Positions 39,601 to 54,200 of a DNA stretch of 64,000 nt are shown piece by piece (the first letter of the stretch is position 1; every line of letters starts with the position of its first letter). The translations under genes were made by a program, and so were the position numbers. The stretch comes from Lingula anatina. Taxonomy: Eukaryota; Animalia; Brachiopoda. The notes below the pieces were generated by a model that did no database searches, was not told the DNA's origin, and worked only from the letters and a program-made list of their open reading frames with translations. The stretch is taken from positions 9,672,001 through 9,736,000 of the forward strand of contig CM120642.1 in the NCBI GenBank assembly GCA_051362555.1, given 5' to 3'.

Positions 39601-40572
39601 TGCTGGTGGTATGTTGAAATTGAATACTGCTTTGATGTCGCATAGTGAAATTCGCGAATCATGCTATTTTGCAAAATTTACACAACAAACAGCTATGTGG
39701 TAGTGAGATTTGGTGTTGCTCAGAAGTGTCAAATAACAGTTGGAAGGTGCATGTAGGACATTGATGATTTTTCAAAAGAAAAGAAAATGCAATCCTTTCA
39801 ATAGAAAAACAGTAACGAGAAGCTGTTGCTTTCCAAAAATCTGATCATACATAACATAAAAATGATTTGTAGAAAGTTTGCTCTTACTTAAATGCTTTAA
39901 AGGCCTCTGCAAACTGGCAAAAGCAGTAGTTTTTATTTATGAAATATCAACAGTCGGTGGTTACTTGGTGATATGTTAGCATGAGCCGAGCTGTAAACAC
40001 AGAATATGTGAACCAATTGATTACAGATGATCTGTAATCAAAGTATTAGTTAGACATTTTATTTAAATTTTTTAACAGGATGAAAATGGTTCTCATAATA
40101 GTAGCATTATTATATTTTTTACAGGTTCTTCCCCACCCTTGTTAAAAAGAGGTGGCCCAACTGGTGTTTCAGGTGCCCTTAATACACACCAGGACTACTT
40201 AAGCAGAGGTGGTCACTTAAAGCTGTCACCAGCGGCCACTGCACCTACACAGGTGGTTAGTCCAGCTGCTGGCAGGTAGGTTGACTTGACATGAAATTCA
40301 GGGTACTGAAGGTGAGGCTCCTGTATGTACTCTCAGACTCACTCAAACACACACACACATTGTTTAATTGTTGTCTGTGGGTTTTTTCAGTTGTTTCTCT
40401 CACTGCTGTCTGAATTGTGGAAATTTGTACTTACAGTGAAACGAACACTTCAACTCCACCTAGAGCAGCCAAACCTTTATCTATGGCAACAACATGGAAT
40501 ATTTTCGGTGTGCCACAAGCCAGTCAGAGTCCAGCAAGTGCCAAAAAATGGTCCCATACAAAGCTTTGGTAA
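33645..40572 (+). CDS. ATAT1: Alpha-tubulin N-acetyltransferase 1 (MEC-17), about 12 exons
   Basis: [87 protein letters not shown] and QVNNFMVFEGFF. A low-complexity tail ends TWNIFGVP...HTKLW*. Exon phases are consistent throughout. Confidence 0.95.
35091..35327. mobile_element. Foldback MITE (Harbinger-like) in an ATAT1 intron
   Basis: Arm ccctggggagtct..ctaaattgctatcaacttaaccggcttaaatgtctgtca is mirrored by tgacagacatttaagctggttaaattgatagcaatttagtagactccccaggga; right end gggaatggtccc|taa. Confidence 0.8.
37718..38006 (+). repeat. Triplicated 3' half of an ATAT1 exon including its splice donor
   Basis: ggagacagtc(a/g)tcacttt...ccattag(a/t)gaaagag|gt occurs near 37725, 37832 and 37945 (period about 110 bp). 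Confidence 0.92.
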
Positions 40573-41422
40573 TTAATATAGAGAAGCATCCAGATTTTCA
40601 AGAGTAGTCCCGTTAAAAACAAGAGTAGTCCCATTAAAAACTATGGTATGCTGTGGAGACTAGTGATATGTATTTGCAAGAGGGTAACAAGCTCAGCTGT
40701 TGGAAGGTGAATGTAGGAGATTGATGATTTTCATGAAAGAAAAGAACACTTTAATCCTTTGGATACCAAAACAGTTACTGACACTTTCCAAAAAATCTTA
40801 TCATTTACATCATAGAAGTGATTTTTAGAAAGTTGGCACTAATTAGCTTTAAAGGCTAACTCTGAGGAAAGGGAAATTTGTGAAAAAATGCTAGCATGCC
40901 AGAGTTAACAGCTGTGATGGAAAGCACAATTATGGATAATTTTGCCATAAACATTATTGTTGAAAAATACACCTAAATCCCTTAAAGCATCCTTATCATG
41001 TAGACTTAGCATTCATGAAAAAGAAACTTGTCTAAAATACAAAAAGAAAGTTTTTAAAAGTTAAAAAACAATGTTAAAACATACTATGACAAAACTATTT
41101 ATTAAATGATAGCTAGGACACAAAAACTAGCAAGTGCGTAGATTCTTGGTAACAGCATTTTTTTTTTGCCTAGAAATATATCCAAGCATGTGGTTTGGTT
41201 CAGAAACAAGTTGTCAATCAATACCTCAGTAATACTACTTCCCTTGTTGCGATTGGCATATGACATTCCCAGTGAAAGTTGAAAAAAAAACTTTTTTCTA
41301 GACATAATTATGAATGGCTAAGTGCCTGTAAGGCATGTCAGTGTAGTCTCACAGTGTACAGTACCTACAGTGGTTGTTGTTTTTATATACCTGGTTGTAT
41401 TGTAATTATGTAGTAAACTTAA

Positions 41423-41620
41423 GGGAGCATTCAGAACGAGCTGATCTGTGGACTAGCGGATCAATTATGGCCGACCCACTTGAAAGCTTGCCGCATAATC
41501 CCCTAATAGACACTGAATAGATTCCCCGTGGGGATTACGCAGCAAGCTTTCAAGTGGTTCAGCTATATTTGATCTGCAGATCTGTAGGTCCGCGGATCAA
41601 CTTTGGTTGCGAATGCTGCT
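41423..41620. mobile_element. Foldback MITE (Harbinger-like)
   Basis: taa|gggagcattc...ccacttgaaagcttgccgcataatcccc is mirrored by ggggattacgcagcaagctttcaagtgg...gaatgctgc. Confidence 0.75.
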
Positions 41621-44491
41621 CAGTACAGTAACTGTAATCTCAGAGACTGTCAAGTATGGTTGGAACAGGGTGCTGTCAGTGGGTCTGAAAAGTAAGTAGT
41701 TGATGGACTAGGTCATTCATAAGCTAAAGGATAAAGTTGGAATGTAACCATGTTTTGATTATAGATACGTAAAAATCACTAAAGATTTACAGTAGGTTTT
41801 ATTTCTGTAGATGTAGGTTTAATGGCTCTATTCTTGTGTCATGTTCAAATAGTGCCTTATTATTGTGAATTTATACCACAACTTCACAAGGTACACATTC
41901 AAACATTTGCGTCCATTTTTACTTGTCACTTACCCTTTTTAGGAACATAGTTTTTATTTTTAAATTTTTATTTATAATAGATATATTGAATTTGTTCATT
42001 TATGTTGTGATATTTGTATTGGGTCATTTGTAAGTTTGCATTTTTATGACATTTTATGACCACATAGGTAATGTAGGTTGCCAGAACTACAATTCAGTGG
42101 GGTATTTTTTTTTTAATAAAAAATGAATTATGTTACTGATACATAGTGTCTGTAGTCTTGCCAGCAATGTAGATTTCAAAATGTGTTGATACAAATTCTG
42201 TGGCAACAGAAATCTGCATGTAAAGAAGGGAGTTGATTGTCAGAAAATTGAGAATCTTTTTTTTTGTACTATTTTATTTTTACAGTTGGTTTAATTTAGC
42301 TCATTGAAGTTCTTGGCTATTGGGATTATGGAATATATTTTATTCTTTATTAAACAAATGTAACATAAAGTAAAAAAATGTTCTTATGTCATATCATAGA
42401 GGTAGGTGTAATTTCATACATGAGAAGAAAAGTGTACTACTCCCGTACAGAGGTGCAAGTTCCCAACCCTATAAGCATCTGTTAATTAAAATTACCACTT
42501 TCTGCATTTGTCATTTGCCTGGTTTCTATATGTCACATTTACATGTAATTGGCTTTTTATAAAATAATGTATTTGAAATATTGTTCCTATCATGTTTTTG
42601 ATTATTAAGTTGTATAAGAATACAGAACTCTCAAAAAGAAAGGTACTGAAATTGGCGTAAAAGTTATAGTGTTTCATGTCAGAACAATAATGACTCCACC
42701 TTTTTTGATGGGGATATATAATTTCTGAATAATTCAATTTTGTTGCTACCACTCAACAGGAATGTTTTAACTTTGAGAATTTATGACTTGAAATAAAAAG
42801 CAGTATCTGTAAAATTCACGATTTCTCCCCACTGAAAAGATTGCGTCAATTTCATAATACCTTTTACTTTGAGTAGACTCACTTTCTTGAAAGAATATTT
42901 CACTTGCTAAATAAGGTTAATAAGATTTAATCAAAACAATAAAATTGCCCATAAAATTATATTTATTTTAATCCCAAATATTTGTACACTATACAATATG
43001 ATTAACACATGAAACATCACTTAAAGGTACAAACAGCAATATCACATTGACTTTTGATGATAAGTGTCAATTAAAAAAAAAAAAAAAAATAGGCAGTACA
43101 ATAATACCCTGAGATTCAGTTCCAATGTATGCCAGCTTCTTCTTTTTAACATCTCTGTATGACTAGCAGGCAAAAATAGAAAAATTCAAATATGAAGAAG
43201 CTGGTTTGCATTAGGTCTAAAACTCGCGGATATAAATCCAATAATTTCATTCATTCAATTACCCTTGAAGTACAGGTCATGACCCAGTTCCTAAATATTG
43301 AACAAATATTTTTTCATACCTCTTTTCAACTCGTCAACATCTTTCAACCTGTCTACACCTTTCAAGTTTCAACAGTAATACAAACTGACCATGAATGCTA
43401 ATAAAATAAATAAGATAGCTAACATACATATATACATAATTGGCAATAAATAAATACTATATTTTACAAATGTAGTTTTAACTAGAACCACATGGATTGC
43501 CAAGAACCATGTAATCTTTTGTTTGCACATTAAAAAATAAGATGTCATATTCACAGCGCCAAGGCAATTGTAAAATCCTTTGCACCTTCTTACAATCCTA
43601 TCCTTGTCAAAATATAAACAGAGCAACTGAGGACATTTCTACCCCAAATAATCCCTATGATCAATTCAAACAGCTGAACACATAAAAATGCTCCTGGGAA
43701 TGTTATGAATTTCATAACGAACTATTTTTATTTTTAAAATATCACATAAAGCATTTGATCACCCTCTCACACCTGATGTACAATTAACTTTCTATAGTCC
43801 CTAGTATTGTGCTGTGTATCATACTTGTATAAAAGAAAAATACAAGGATCACACATGACTGCTACATCCATTTAGTGTCTAAATGATGCCCAATAAACGA
43901 ACAAGTCAACTACTCATATAAGTAAATGTATATTCCATCTATTCATTTCATACCTCCATTTACACTACATTCAAAGCATTTACAATGTCCATATGGTTAA
44001 AGCAGCAGTGCTTGTGACTGTCACAAATCACAGGTGAGCAATTTCCTTAATGTAGCCACAATATTGAACTTCGTAATTTTAATTTGGTTTCCCACAATAG
44101 TATAATCCTCTGCATAAAGCACAACTTTCGGAACGAGCTGACATGTTTTCCTCCACTTTATTTTTTAAAGTGCTGCAATCCAACAGCTTTGTAACAGCCA
44201 TTCCCCTCAGGTTTAACTTTATACCTGACAATTTAAAAGAAGACCTAGAAGTAGCCTCACATTACACATTCAAAATATATAAGATATGAAGCAACCAGGT
44301 CTACTGGTGCCAGTAAAGAGTTTAAGTTATACCTGATGTGAATTCACCTCCATTAAGACTAAGACTGTGCACTCTGTCACAGCTATATACACGGCCCCAA
44401 AGTACACCATCAATTCACGTTCCAAAAATAACTATGAGAAAAAGTCATGCTGTTTCTATGGCAAGTATGTGAGTCCAGTCATGTCAAGTCA

Positions 44492-47353
44492 TCAAGAATT
44501 TTGTGGCTCAGTTGTCTGAAGACTGTCATTCTGAATTAACTGTGCCTGCATTTCGACATCTTTGGAGTTAATTGCCTGTGCCCTCATTGTCTCCCTGTCA
44601 GCCCTAAAACAAAATGCATGAAACAACCACATGAAAATTAATCTATGATTAATAAAACAGATCAAGATTTTTTTCAACACACAAAAAGGACATTAATTTT
44701 CCAAAGGGAGGACAAATACAGTCCCAGGAAGAGAGGCTCAATTCCCTTTTTTGTCAAATCCAATAAGTATGCAGTTTTACCCTTTTCTATTTATTCATTT
44801 TGGTACAAGTGCATCTTTTAAAATGACTATGACCAAACTGATACTGTAAAGAATTTCAAATTAATAATAAAAATAGATGTGATAATTACAAAACTGATTC
44901 TAGACACTCACTTTTTCCCCAAGGCCATCATCCCATAAACAGCAGCTGTGACAAATATCAGTCCACAGCCAAATATAGTGGTTATCTCAGCACACATCAG
45001 CACAGGAAATACTGACAACCTGGAGGGGAAAAACAAACCAACCACATATATTGATATTTTGATGTATTGATACATATGTAGATACTACTGAAGTCGGACA
45101 TGTTGAAATCTCTTGAGGTAATGCATGATCGAGGGCCACAAATTCTGAATCAACATTTTTATGGATTACAAACAAAACAATCCTATTGAAAATACTAAAT
45201 TCTTTCAGTTCAAGTAATTACTGTATCCTTTACTTACACTCCATATGATATAGCTTTCTGCCAGTGTGGCCTTGCATCTGTGAAATTACTACACTTTTGG
45301 GCAAACTCTATACACGGACAGCAGCAAGGAGCTTCTACTATCATTATGATAAATGATATAGTCCTATAATGGAATTTCAAAATTTAACAAGAAAGCATGC
45401 TGATGAATGATACCATACAAGAATTTTTTTTAATCAATATAGTAAAACTATTAATTAAACAGGTAGAAATATATACATTTATATGAAGGCATCTCAGAGT
45501 ACCAAGCCAGTACAAACTTTACTTACTAGTACACATTCAAATACAAGCACAAGATAAAAAAAAATACCTGTCAACTTTTAAGTTTTTTTCTGTTTCTTTT
45601 AAGAAAAATATATCTATCAAAAGTGTTTCTGACAAGAACCGACAACAAAACAAATATATTTGAAAGAGAGTCAGACATCTTTGGTTATTAACATAATATT
45701 CTGGGTAGACAGATAGCACATCATTCTTATTTGCATTAAAGATGTTAGATGATTAAGCCACCCTTTAAAATAATGGTTAGCATTCTGTTACATATAAAAT
45801 AATCTAGACTATACTTTTGGAAGATAATGAGGTCATAAAATTACTTCTTTGGTCGAAACAAAATTACTTATTTGGTCGAAACACCTCTATGGTAAAGCAT
45901 CCTCAAAGAAAAGTCATTGGCAATAAATATCTCTTTTTCACATTGATAAAAATATAATTCCAAGCAGTAATATTCCATCCAAAGTTTAAAAGATAGAAAC
46001 ATACACTAGGGACATTACAACAACCTATTTGGAGGAGGAAAAAGGAGACCTTCAACAATAAAAAATCTCATTAAAAAAAGTCACTTTTTGCCATTTCATT
46101 TGCTAAGTGGCATGCAAACTACCCATTAATTTTTTTTTCACATATACTAGTAAATACGATGTTCAAAATGACTAGACAAGAAAATTATTTATCACCCAAT
46201 TAACATAAATCTACCTCGCAAGACAGCCAGACTCATGACCTTGGTACAAGTTCACTACTATTTATCTTTTAGTAAATTCACAAAAGCAACATCCCTTCAG
46301 TCTCATGGTAAAAAGTGAATCTATTTACATGTATCTCTATCAAATATTCAGCCATAACACTGCTCAATGCATGAGCGATATACATATTACTAGATACCTG
46401 CCATATGTCTTAGTCACCAAGTGACACCATTCATTAATAGTATGTTATTCCTTCCTTAAATATCTGATGAAATTTTGACATTCTATAAAGGAGTAAAGAG
46501 CATATTGATTATTCCTGCTTTTATATAATTATGCAATCATGTACTACGGACATGTCAGATCCTTCTTTAATGTATCATTTGTGATGGGTCTATTTACATC
46601 ATGTATGCATGATGTACCTGAATTTTTTCCATATGGGCACTCATGTTTTACACCACACTTTAGCCTACATTTTCTGGCAAAAATAGATGATGGAGCAATA
46701 TCTCAACTTTTATCACTCATTTCAATCACATTTTATTAGTTTTAACTTCATAATTTCAGTTTAAAAACCCAATTTTTACTGCTCATGAACAAGAGCACCA
46801 CATGATATGAAGCATATACAATGAATGGCATCACAGTGTAAATACTCACATAAGGGTGATGCCTGCTACTAAACACATTGGAGTAATTGTTATACATGCC
46901 ACTGCTCCAAGAACAAAGGCAACTAAAAGAAAAAAAAACACAGCATATGTATAACAAAATGTGCATACTTTAGCCTGAAATATAGAACCTAAAAAAAAAT
47001 CAAACAGGTATACAATGCAACAATGTACAGATACTGGGTAAGTACTGTACAGTACTAAATGATGACTGAAAATAAAGACAAGTCATAATGATAAACCATT
47101 ATATATTAAGAGACACTGTTTTATATTTAAATTTCATAAGCATTTTAATTATTAGTAAGAACAAGTGAACGTAAAACAGCCTTCTCTGTCAACAAAATGT
47201 CAATGACGGCAAATGTCATAAATGCAATCATTGAATCAGTCACTCACTTGACGATCCCACGGTCCCGAATGCTTTGGCAGCTATTTTGTACCATTTGGGC
47301 AAGTCATTATCTTGAGGTGGCGGAGGCGCTCCAACACTTTCATTCTGTCCCAT
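44492..47353 (-). CDS. CACFD1: Calcium channel Flower homolog, 5 exons
   Basis: Spliced product [83 protein letters not shown]...[16 protein letters not shown]...[17 protein letters not shown]...QNS*. EAPxCCxxIEFA, WQKA and YGxxALGKK are Flower signatures. Confidence 0.92.
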
Positions 47354-48263
47354 TTTAAGTTAATATATTAATGTTTTAAAGAAAACACAGAACCTATATG
47401 TTTGACTGGAAAAAATACCGTCTTCTGTTTTCTGCTTTCGTGGGCAATCTCGTTCTCACCTAAACTAACAGGAAGTCGAGTAACATTTTGTTTATCATGA
47501 AAACGTGGAATGTTTTATTTTTTACATTCACACCGTTAATGATATAGAATTGGATGATTGAAAATTAATATTTTAAAATTTTCTAATGAGTGTTAGTTTA
47601 AAAAGTAGTGTATCAAATACCCGAATTTGGTCATAAATACCGTTCCGCTATGCGGTGTAAATAGAAAATCATATAGTTAGTTTTATCCTAGTTGACCGAT
47701 TTAAACTGAGTGAACACGTGAACATTTAATGACCCGAAGTGAGTCTGCAAAAACCTTTGTATAAATTGTGGACCACAAATTACTTTCGGTCCATGTTCCT
47801 GTTAACGTCTGTTCACGTTGGTGTGTGAAGCACTAATACTGTGAAATGTTGGGGAGAACACTGAAAATTCTTCGTGCGGCCGAGGCTCATCTGGTGCAAA
47901 TGCATCAGTTTGGAAACGTCAAAAAACTTTCCACGAAAGTTTCCGAGCAGTTAAATCAGCTTGCCTTCTTTGACGATGAATCCCAAGCATCAGGACAAGT
48001 TGCTCAAAGTTTCAAAGGGATGGATCCAGATTTTCCTTGTGCTACTAAAAAGTGAGCAAATTTTAAAGATCTGCCATTTATTGCTCTTTACGACTCTAAA
48101 ATCCAAGTTTATAACTCCCGCTTGATTTTACTTCACTACAATGCTTCTTTTGTTTTATAGTTATACTTAGTACAATGTAACATGATTACATAATTATATA
48201 AAAGCAGGAATATGCTCATTAGTCCTTTATAGGATGTCAAAATTGCATCAGATATTTTAAGGA
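46455..48263. repeat. Pair of about 90-bp inverted repeats (46455-46545 and 48178-48263) bracketing the Flower/MetX promoter
   Basis: tatctgatgaaattttgacattctataaagga...attcctgcttttatataattatgcaatcatg is approximately the reverse complement of catgattacataattatataaaagcaggaatatgctc...cctttataggatgtcaaaattgcatcagata. Confidence 0.8.
47354..47845. promoter_or_regulatory. Probable bidirectional promoter between CACFD1 and the MetX-family gene
   Basis: The ATGs are head-to-head, about 490 bp apart, in a CpG-retaining patch with an ETS-like CAGGAAGT near 47469 and CACGTG near 47715. Confidence 0.6.
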
Positions 48264-51200
48264 AACGTCTTCCTTATCACACCTGGATCTACATACGAAC
48301 GGGTAAGAAAATTTTTGGATAAGTTTCAAATGGGCAAAGGAAGTAATGATTGGATTTTAGTGATGATCTATTAATTAATTTATTAATCAATGATTACATT
48401 TTCAGGACAGGTCACAAATGGGCAAGTTTCATGAAATTTTCAGGTTAGGTCAGAAATGGACAATTAAGGGAAGAATTGGTTAGATTTTGATGATGATCAC
48501 TCAATTTATTATTGTCTTGGCAGTGCTTTTCTTATATGAGAATGTTATATGGGCTGAAATAGTCAGCTTAATTGGATTACACACCTTGGTATTGATAAGA
48601 ATACAGAAATGCTGGTGATTATGGAAGTACGTTGAAAACAAGAGGAGGTGTGTCATTCAGTTAAGCTGATTGCACTTAGCAGAGTCCCTGCAGAGTTGGA
48701 GCTATCTACGAAGAGCTACTTGTATGGCATCTATGGGAATGGGGTCTTACGGACCGTTCATATGAAAAATCTAAAAATCTGAATACCCCATGGCGTAATT
48801 ACTGGCAGCGCAAGCCAGTTATTTCCAAAGGTGTAATTATTTCTCGGCTGCGCTCGGAGGAGATTCTGACACTTTGACGAATGCGCAGTAGTATTTCTAA
48901 GCTGTGGAGTTCATCAGTTTAGTTGTGATGACTCAAGCATACAGACACGTAATATGGCTAATGGTAGTGCTTGTTGTTGCACAAAATCGACAAACACATT
49001 TTTCAAAGCAACTGGGACCGCAATTTACTTTCTAACTTCTTACTGCGCATGCGTCAAGGTATGAGAATCTCCTCCGAGTGCAGCCAAGAATTAATTACAG
49101 CTTTGGAAGTAACTCTCTCGCTCTGCTAGTTAATTACGCAGCGGGGTATTCAGGGCACATACCGTGATCACTAGATACCGCCAAATGGATTTTTAGATTT
49201 TTAGAAAATAGATTTTTCATATGAACGCTCCCTTAGACTCTGGTGTCCCAAAGTGTCAGCAGCTAGGGTGAAAGGTTTGAATTGACACAGAGTGCAGCAT
49301 TATAACATTCACAAACACTGCTGGTGACTGTTTCATTCAAGTGCGAAAAGGTAAACGACCTCATTTTGGGCACATCTAAAGGTCTTTTAAGTTTGGTGTT
49401 TACTTTATACCTACTAGTCATAAAAATGATTATTTAGCAAAACTTTAAGAACCAAGAAAAGGTGCGCTGTTTTGCACTTCTTGCTGCACCATGGATATCT
49501 GTTTTAAATTCATCCATGATTATGCAGTGCAAAAGAAGTAGCTTTTTTTTGAGCCATCAGTATGCTTTACAGACAAGAAAAACGTGTTTAAATTTTTTGC
49601 CACCTGAGTTTTTTATCTCATGACTAATATAGTACTACGCGATTACATCTGAACATGTGAATAGTACAGCTGCATGACCTTTGTATCTTCACCAATATTT
49701 GTGTTAATGACAAGCAACTTTATGAATGACAGAAAAGATTAAAGAAGGTTTTGCCACATGACCCTTACTTAAATAAGGTACACTTGAAACTGTTACCTTT
49801 TAGCACCTTTTGAACTGTTTTTTTTTTTTAAGTGGTATAATGAAACCAATTTGAAATAAGGTTTTTAAACAGATTCTATTGAAAACAATGATTGCAAGCT
49901 GAGCATGTTTCAGACATCACAAGCAACATTACCATGTGCATTTGTAAGTTTCCAAAGACAGTTTGACACAAAACGTACTTTGTTGGAAATTTCATGGATG
50001 GTGACATTACTAATAATCAATGATAATTGACTACAGAATATATAAAAAACTTTCACTATGCAATTTTTTTCAAATATGTGAGGTGAAAAGTAATGGGTTG
50101 AATGATATTTTAAAAATATAATCAAGAAAGTAAAATTTTACTCCAAGGCATATTGAAGAAGATCAGTTCAAGGAACAGACTATAAATAAAGTACAAAGTC
50201 TGTGAATTGATTGTAGTTATACGCATGTAAATGGTATTACATTAAATGATCCCAATTTGTCTTTTCAGATAATTTTTAAGATTAACTAAATTTTCATTAA
50301 TTTCAGCCCCTCAGCTGGTCCAGAGCCCGAGTATGACAATGTGGTCTCAGGTTTCAAACTTTACCACCATCAAGAGCCATTCTATTTCAAGTATAATGAT
50401 GCTGTGTTACCAGAGCTGGAAATTGCCTACGAAACATGGGGAGAACTCAATGAAAGTAGAGACAATGCTGTCGTAGTACATGCTGGGCTGTCAGCTAGTT
50501 CTCATGCAAAAAGTCACAAGGTACTTTGTTAGGTGTTTTGTAGCAGGAATTCTAAGGTTTCAACAAAAACAGTTTCAATTCTTTGTACTGTTACTTATTT
50601 GATCATGCTAGTGACCCATCAGTTACTGTTGGAAGTTTTTGTGATGAGACCTTGTAATAACATTGTTCAGAAGTAAAATTAGAATGTCTAACAGTCCAAA
50701 TAAACTCACAAGATATAACAGAAGAAGTTTTGCTTGGAATATTGAAATAATAAATTTAAAAGGCATTGGCAGATTGTATAAATGTTGTATTTGTTTAAAT
50801 TGACTTGAGTAAAAAGTAAGTGGCATTTGTTGTTCGCATGCAACCTTTGTGGGACTTTTCTCAGTGTAAGTATATGTATGTATTTTGGGCAGTTAATATA
50901 CATATAGTACATAAGGATATTAGAAAATCGTGAAAGCCCAGTCTGTTTTCAGTGTGATAGGTCATCTGGCTTTATTTCTGGCTTTATTTCAGTCAGGGCA
51001 AAATAATCAATTCAGATGTAGTTTAATCATACATAGTTTACAGACGTGCCAAAATAGAGCAACTATTTCAGTGTGTTATAAAAAGCATGCTTGTTTATAA
51101 TAATTTTATAATGCCATGACTTGAAAACATCTCAACTACATGTTTGTACAATGAGTCCATTTGCCCCTTATTTCCCTTGTTGTTGTGTTTGTGTTTATAT

Positions 51201-54200
51201 GTTATGCTTATAAATTCCTATAACTATGAAATTTTAGACAAGCACAAGCTGCTTATCAAGTTTAATACCAGTTTATTTGCCTGAGGTGCTCTACTTACAG
51301 GTCATGTCAACTAAGGTAATCCCCTATAGTCGTAGGTTGATATTGATACACTAATATCAACAATAGTTCTATAATTCCAGATAACAGGAAATGTTCTTGT
51401 GTAGTATCTGGCCCTTATTTCAGGACAATCCGAAGCCTGGTTGGTGGGAGAAATTTGTTGGACCTGGCTGTGCCATTGATACCAATAAGTTCTTTGTTAT
51501 CTGCACTAACACTTTAGGGGGATGTTATGGAACCAGGTAACAAGCTAATGTGCTGCTGTCAAATAAATTAGTTCAGCATGGTGATGGGTGCTTAAGTGGA
51601 ATGATGCAATACTTACCATGATATTAAAATACAGCATGTTGTAACTCGAGACATTTTGACTAATGAAGAAACTACAGTGAGAATCTTCATATAAATATGC
51701 CTGATATTCATACATATATGTAAATCTGAAGCTTTTTAACATGCAGATTATTATCAAAACACTGTCTAATTAACCTTTGCATCACAAGTGAAGAAACTTC
51801 CTGTATATCTTTTATTAATTTTTTTCCAGTGGACCCTCATCTATTAATCCTGTCACTGGTAAGGTAAGAAAAATTCCTGTAAAATAACTAATTTCTGTTT
51901 TTCTTCATCATTGTGGTTTCATTCTTCCTTAGTTGTTTAATCTCAGAAAATTTGTAGAAAATTAGTAAAGATCAAAGTATAGGTATAAAAAGACACTAAT
52001 ATATTTTTAGAATATAAGAAGTAAACAATATTATAATATAATTTTCAGCGGTATGCTACAACTTTCCCAGTTGTCTGTGTAGATGATATGGTACAAGTAC
52101 AGTGGCTACTGTTGAATCACCTTGGAATCACAAAGGTAAGGAAAGAGAGAGAAAGAGGAGAATGTTAAGATCATACTATTGGTTTAGGTGAACTAAATTG
52201 CATGTTGTATAAGTCAGTTCACTCATGGATGTTTTTTTCCAGTTGCATGCCTCTGTTGGATCTTCCTTAGGTGGGATGTGTAGTCTTACAGCTGCTGTAC
52301 AGCAACCAGAAAGAGTAGGGAGGTGAGAAATGACTTAATACATCAGTTATGCTTAGTGGTCATCCTGGGTCATCCAATTTTATCATAATTTTTACAAGTC
52401 TACAGTAGACTTTTCCCAGACCCCCCCTCCCATCCCCTTCAGAGGGTACAATGCTAAAAATGATGACCTTTGAGAGCAATTTAGATCCTCATTTTTGTTA
52501 TATTTCAAAAATGTACTAGGGGCATTAACCCCATCCCCTCCAGCCTGCGGTTTGTGTACTGTGAAAATAGTGATTAAAATAGATGACCCCTTAGACACAT
52601 TCGGTCAAACCAGGTGAAGCATTTCAACAAAAACAACTTTGTAACAAAACATGTTAGCTTGACTGTCTCAAAATGTGTACTAGTAGACAAAAACTATAAA
52701 GGTATCATTAATAACATTTGGCTTTTTTTTGTTTGTGATATGTAAAAAATCAATAAATGTTAAGCATAAAAAAAAGGTGATGGAGGAAATGTATTAAATG
52801 TTTTTTTTTTTTTTTTTTTTTTCAGGTTGATCTCAATATCGTCTTGTGGGCAGTCCCATGCCTCTTCCATAGCTCTGCGCTACCTTCAGAGGAAAACGAT
52901 CATGACAGACCCAGATTGGAATAAGGGCTTCTATTATGAAGGCAAATATCCTAGAACAGGAATGAAGATGGCAAGGTGCTTAAATTTGTCATGAATAAAA
53001 CATAATTTTGGCCCATGCTTTAGTCCATGACTACTGTTGAGTACACCAATTAAAGTAAAGGAAACGTGTCATCAGTCAGATAACAAAAAGAATAGCGTTG
53101 TGGTGGATAACTGGGAAAGTGCAATTTTAGATGGTATCTCGCAGGATATTGATATAAGATCCAAGTTTCCAAATATCTAATAAAAGGGTTATTGACTTTA
53201 GCTTTGGGTTAACATGTTGTTTGGAGACCTCATGCAAAGTCAAGAATTGAATGATACCTTTTCTCCCTAGGGAGATTGCCACCTTGGGATACCGTAGTGG
53301 ACCAGAATGGGGCAAGAGATTTGGGAGGAAGATGCTGAACCCAGGGAAGCCAAGCCTTTGCCCAACGTTCCTCATAGAGAGTTACCTGGACTACCAAGGG
53401 GAGAGCTTCTGTACAAAGTATGATCCTAACTCTTTGCTGTACATTTCAAAGGTTGGTGAAATGTTTTGTTTTTTTTTTTTCTGTTCTTTTAAGATGAGTT
53501 TTTATAAGTTCATTTACAGAGCTTTACCAGATTATAACGGAGGGAAGCAATCATTGACAGTCCACTATCTCAAGATATCCAGATATTATAATTAACCTCC
53601 CTTTCATAGGTAAAATGCAATTTATGACATTGCTACGTGTTGTTATCAATGTATTCATTGTGGAATTTTGAATCTCACAGGAAGAGTTGTTATCCTTTTA
53701 AACTGTTGCTCACTAGGTGGAAAGTGGTATCTGATGTTTTTGTATAATGAGTCTATAGTATACATATGTTTGTGTGGTACAGAATGTTATATGTATTTGT
53801 TTTGCAGGCTATGGACCTGTTTGATGTGGGTGAAGATTATGGAGGCAATGTCCAAACAGCCCTGTCCAGGATTGAATGTCCAGTCATGGTCATTGGTGTG
53901 AAAACGGACATTCTGTTTCCAATCTGGCAGCAGAGGGAGCTAGCATGCAATTTGAAGGAAGCTGGTATGTTTTATAAACAGAAAACTGTTGTGAAAAATG
54001 TTATACATTTAAATTAACTTTGTATCAAAAAGAAAAGTGCAAAGTCAAAAAAAAAAAAAAAAAATGATATAGGTTTGTTCAAAGCCAAAAAATAACTAAT
54101 AATTGTCTTTTTGTACATGATCAGAATAAATACTAGCATTATAGCATATCATATTAATTAAATAAATTCAATTAATGTCATTTTCAAACTGATGAGAAAT

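Noticed and set aside
40600-40641. 21-bp tandem duplication after the ATAT1 stop
   Set aside because: Simple slippage duplication with no evident function.
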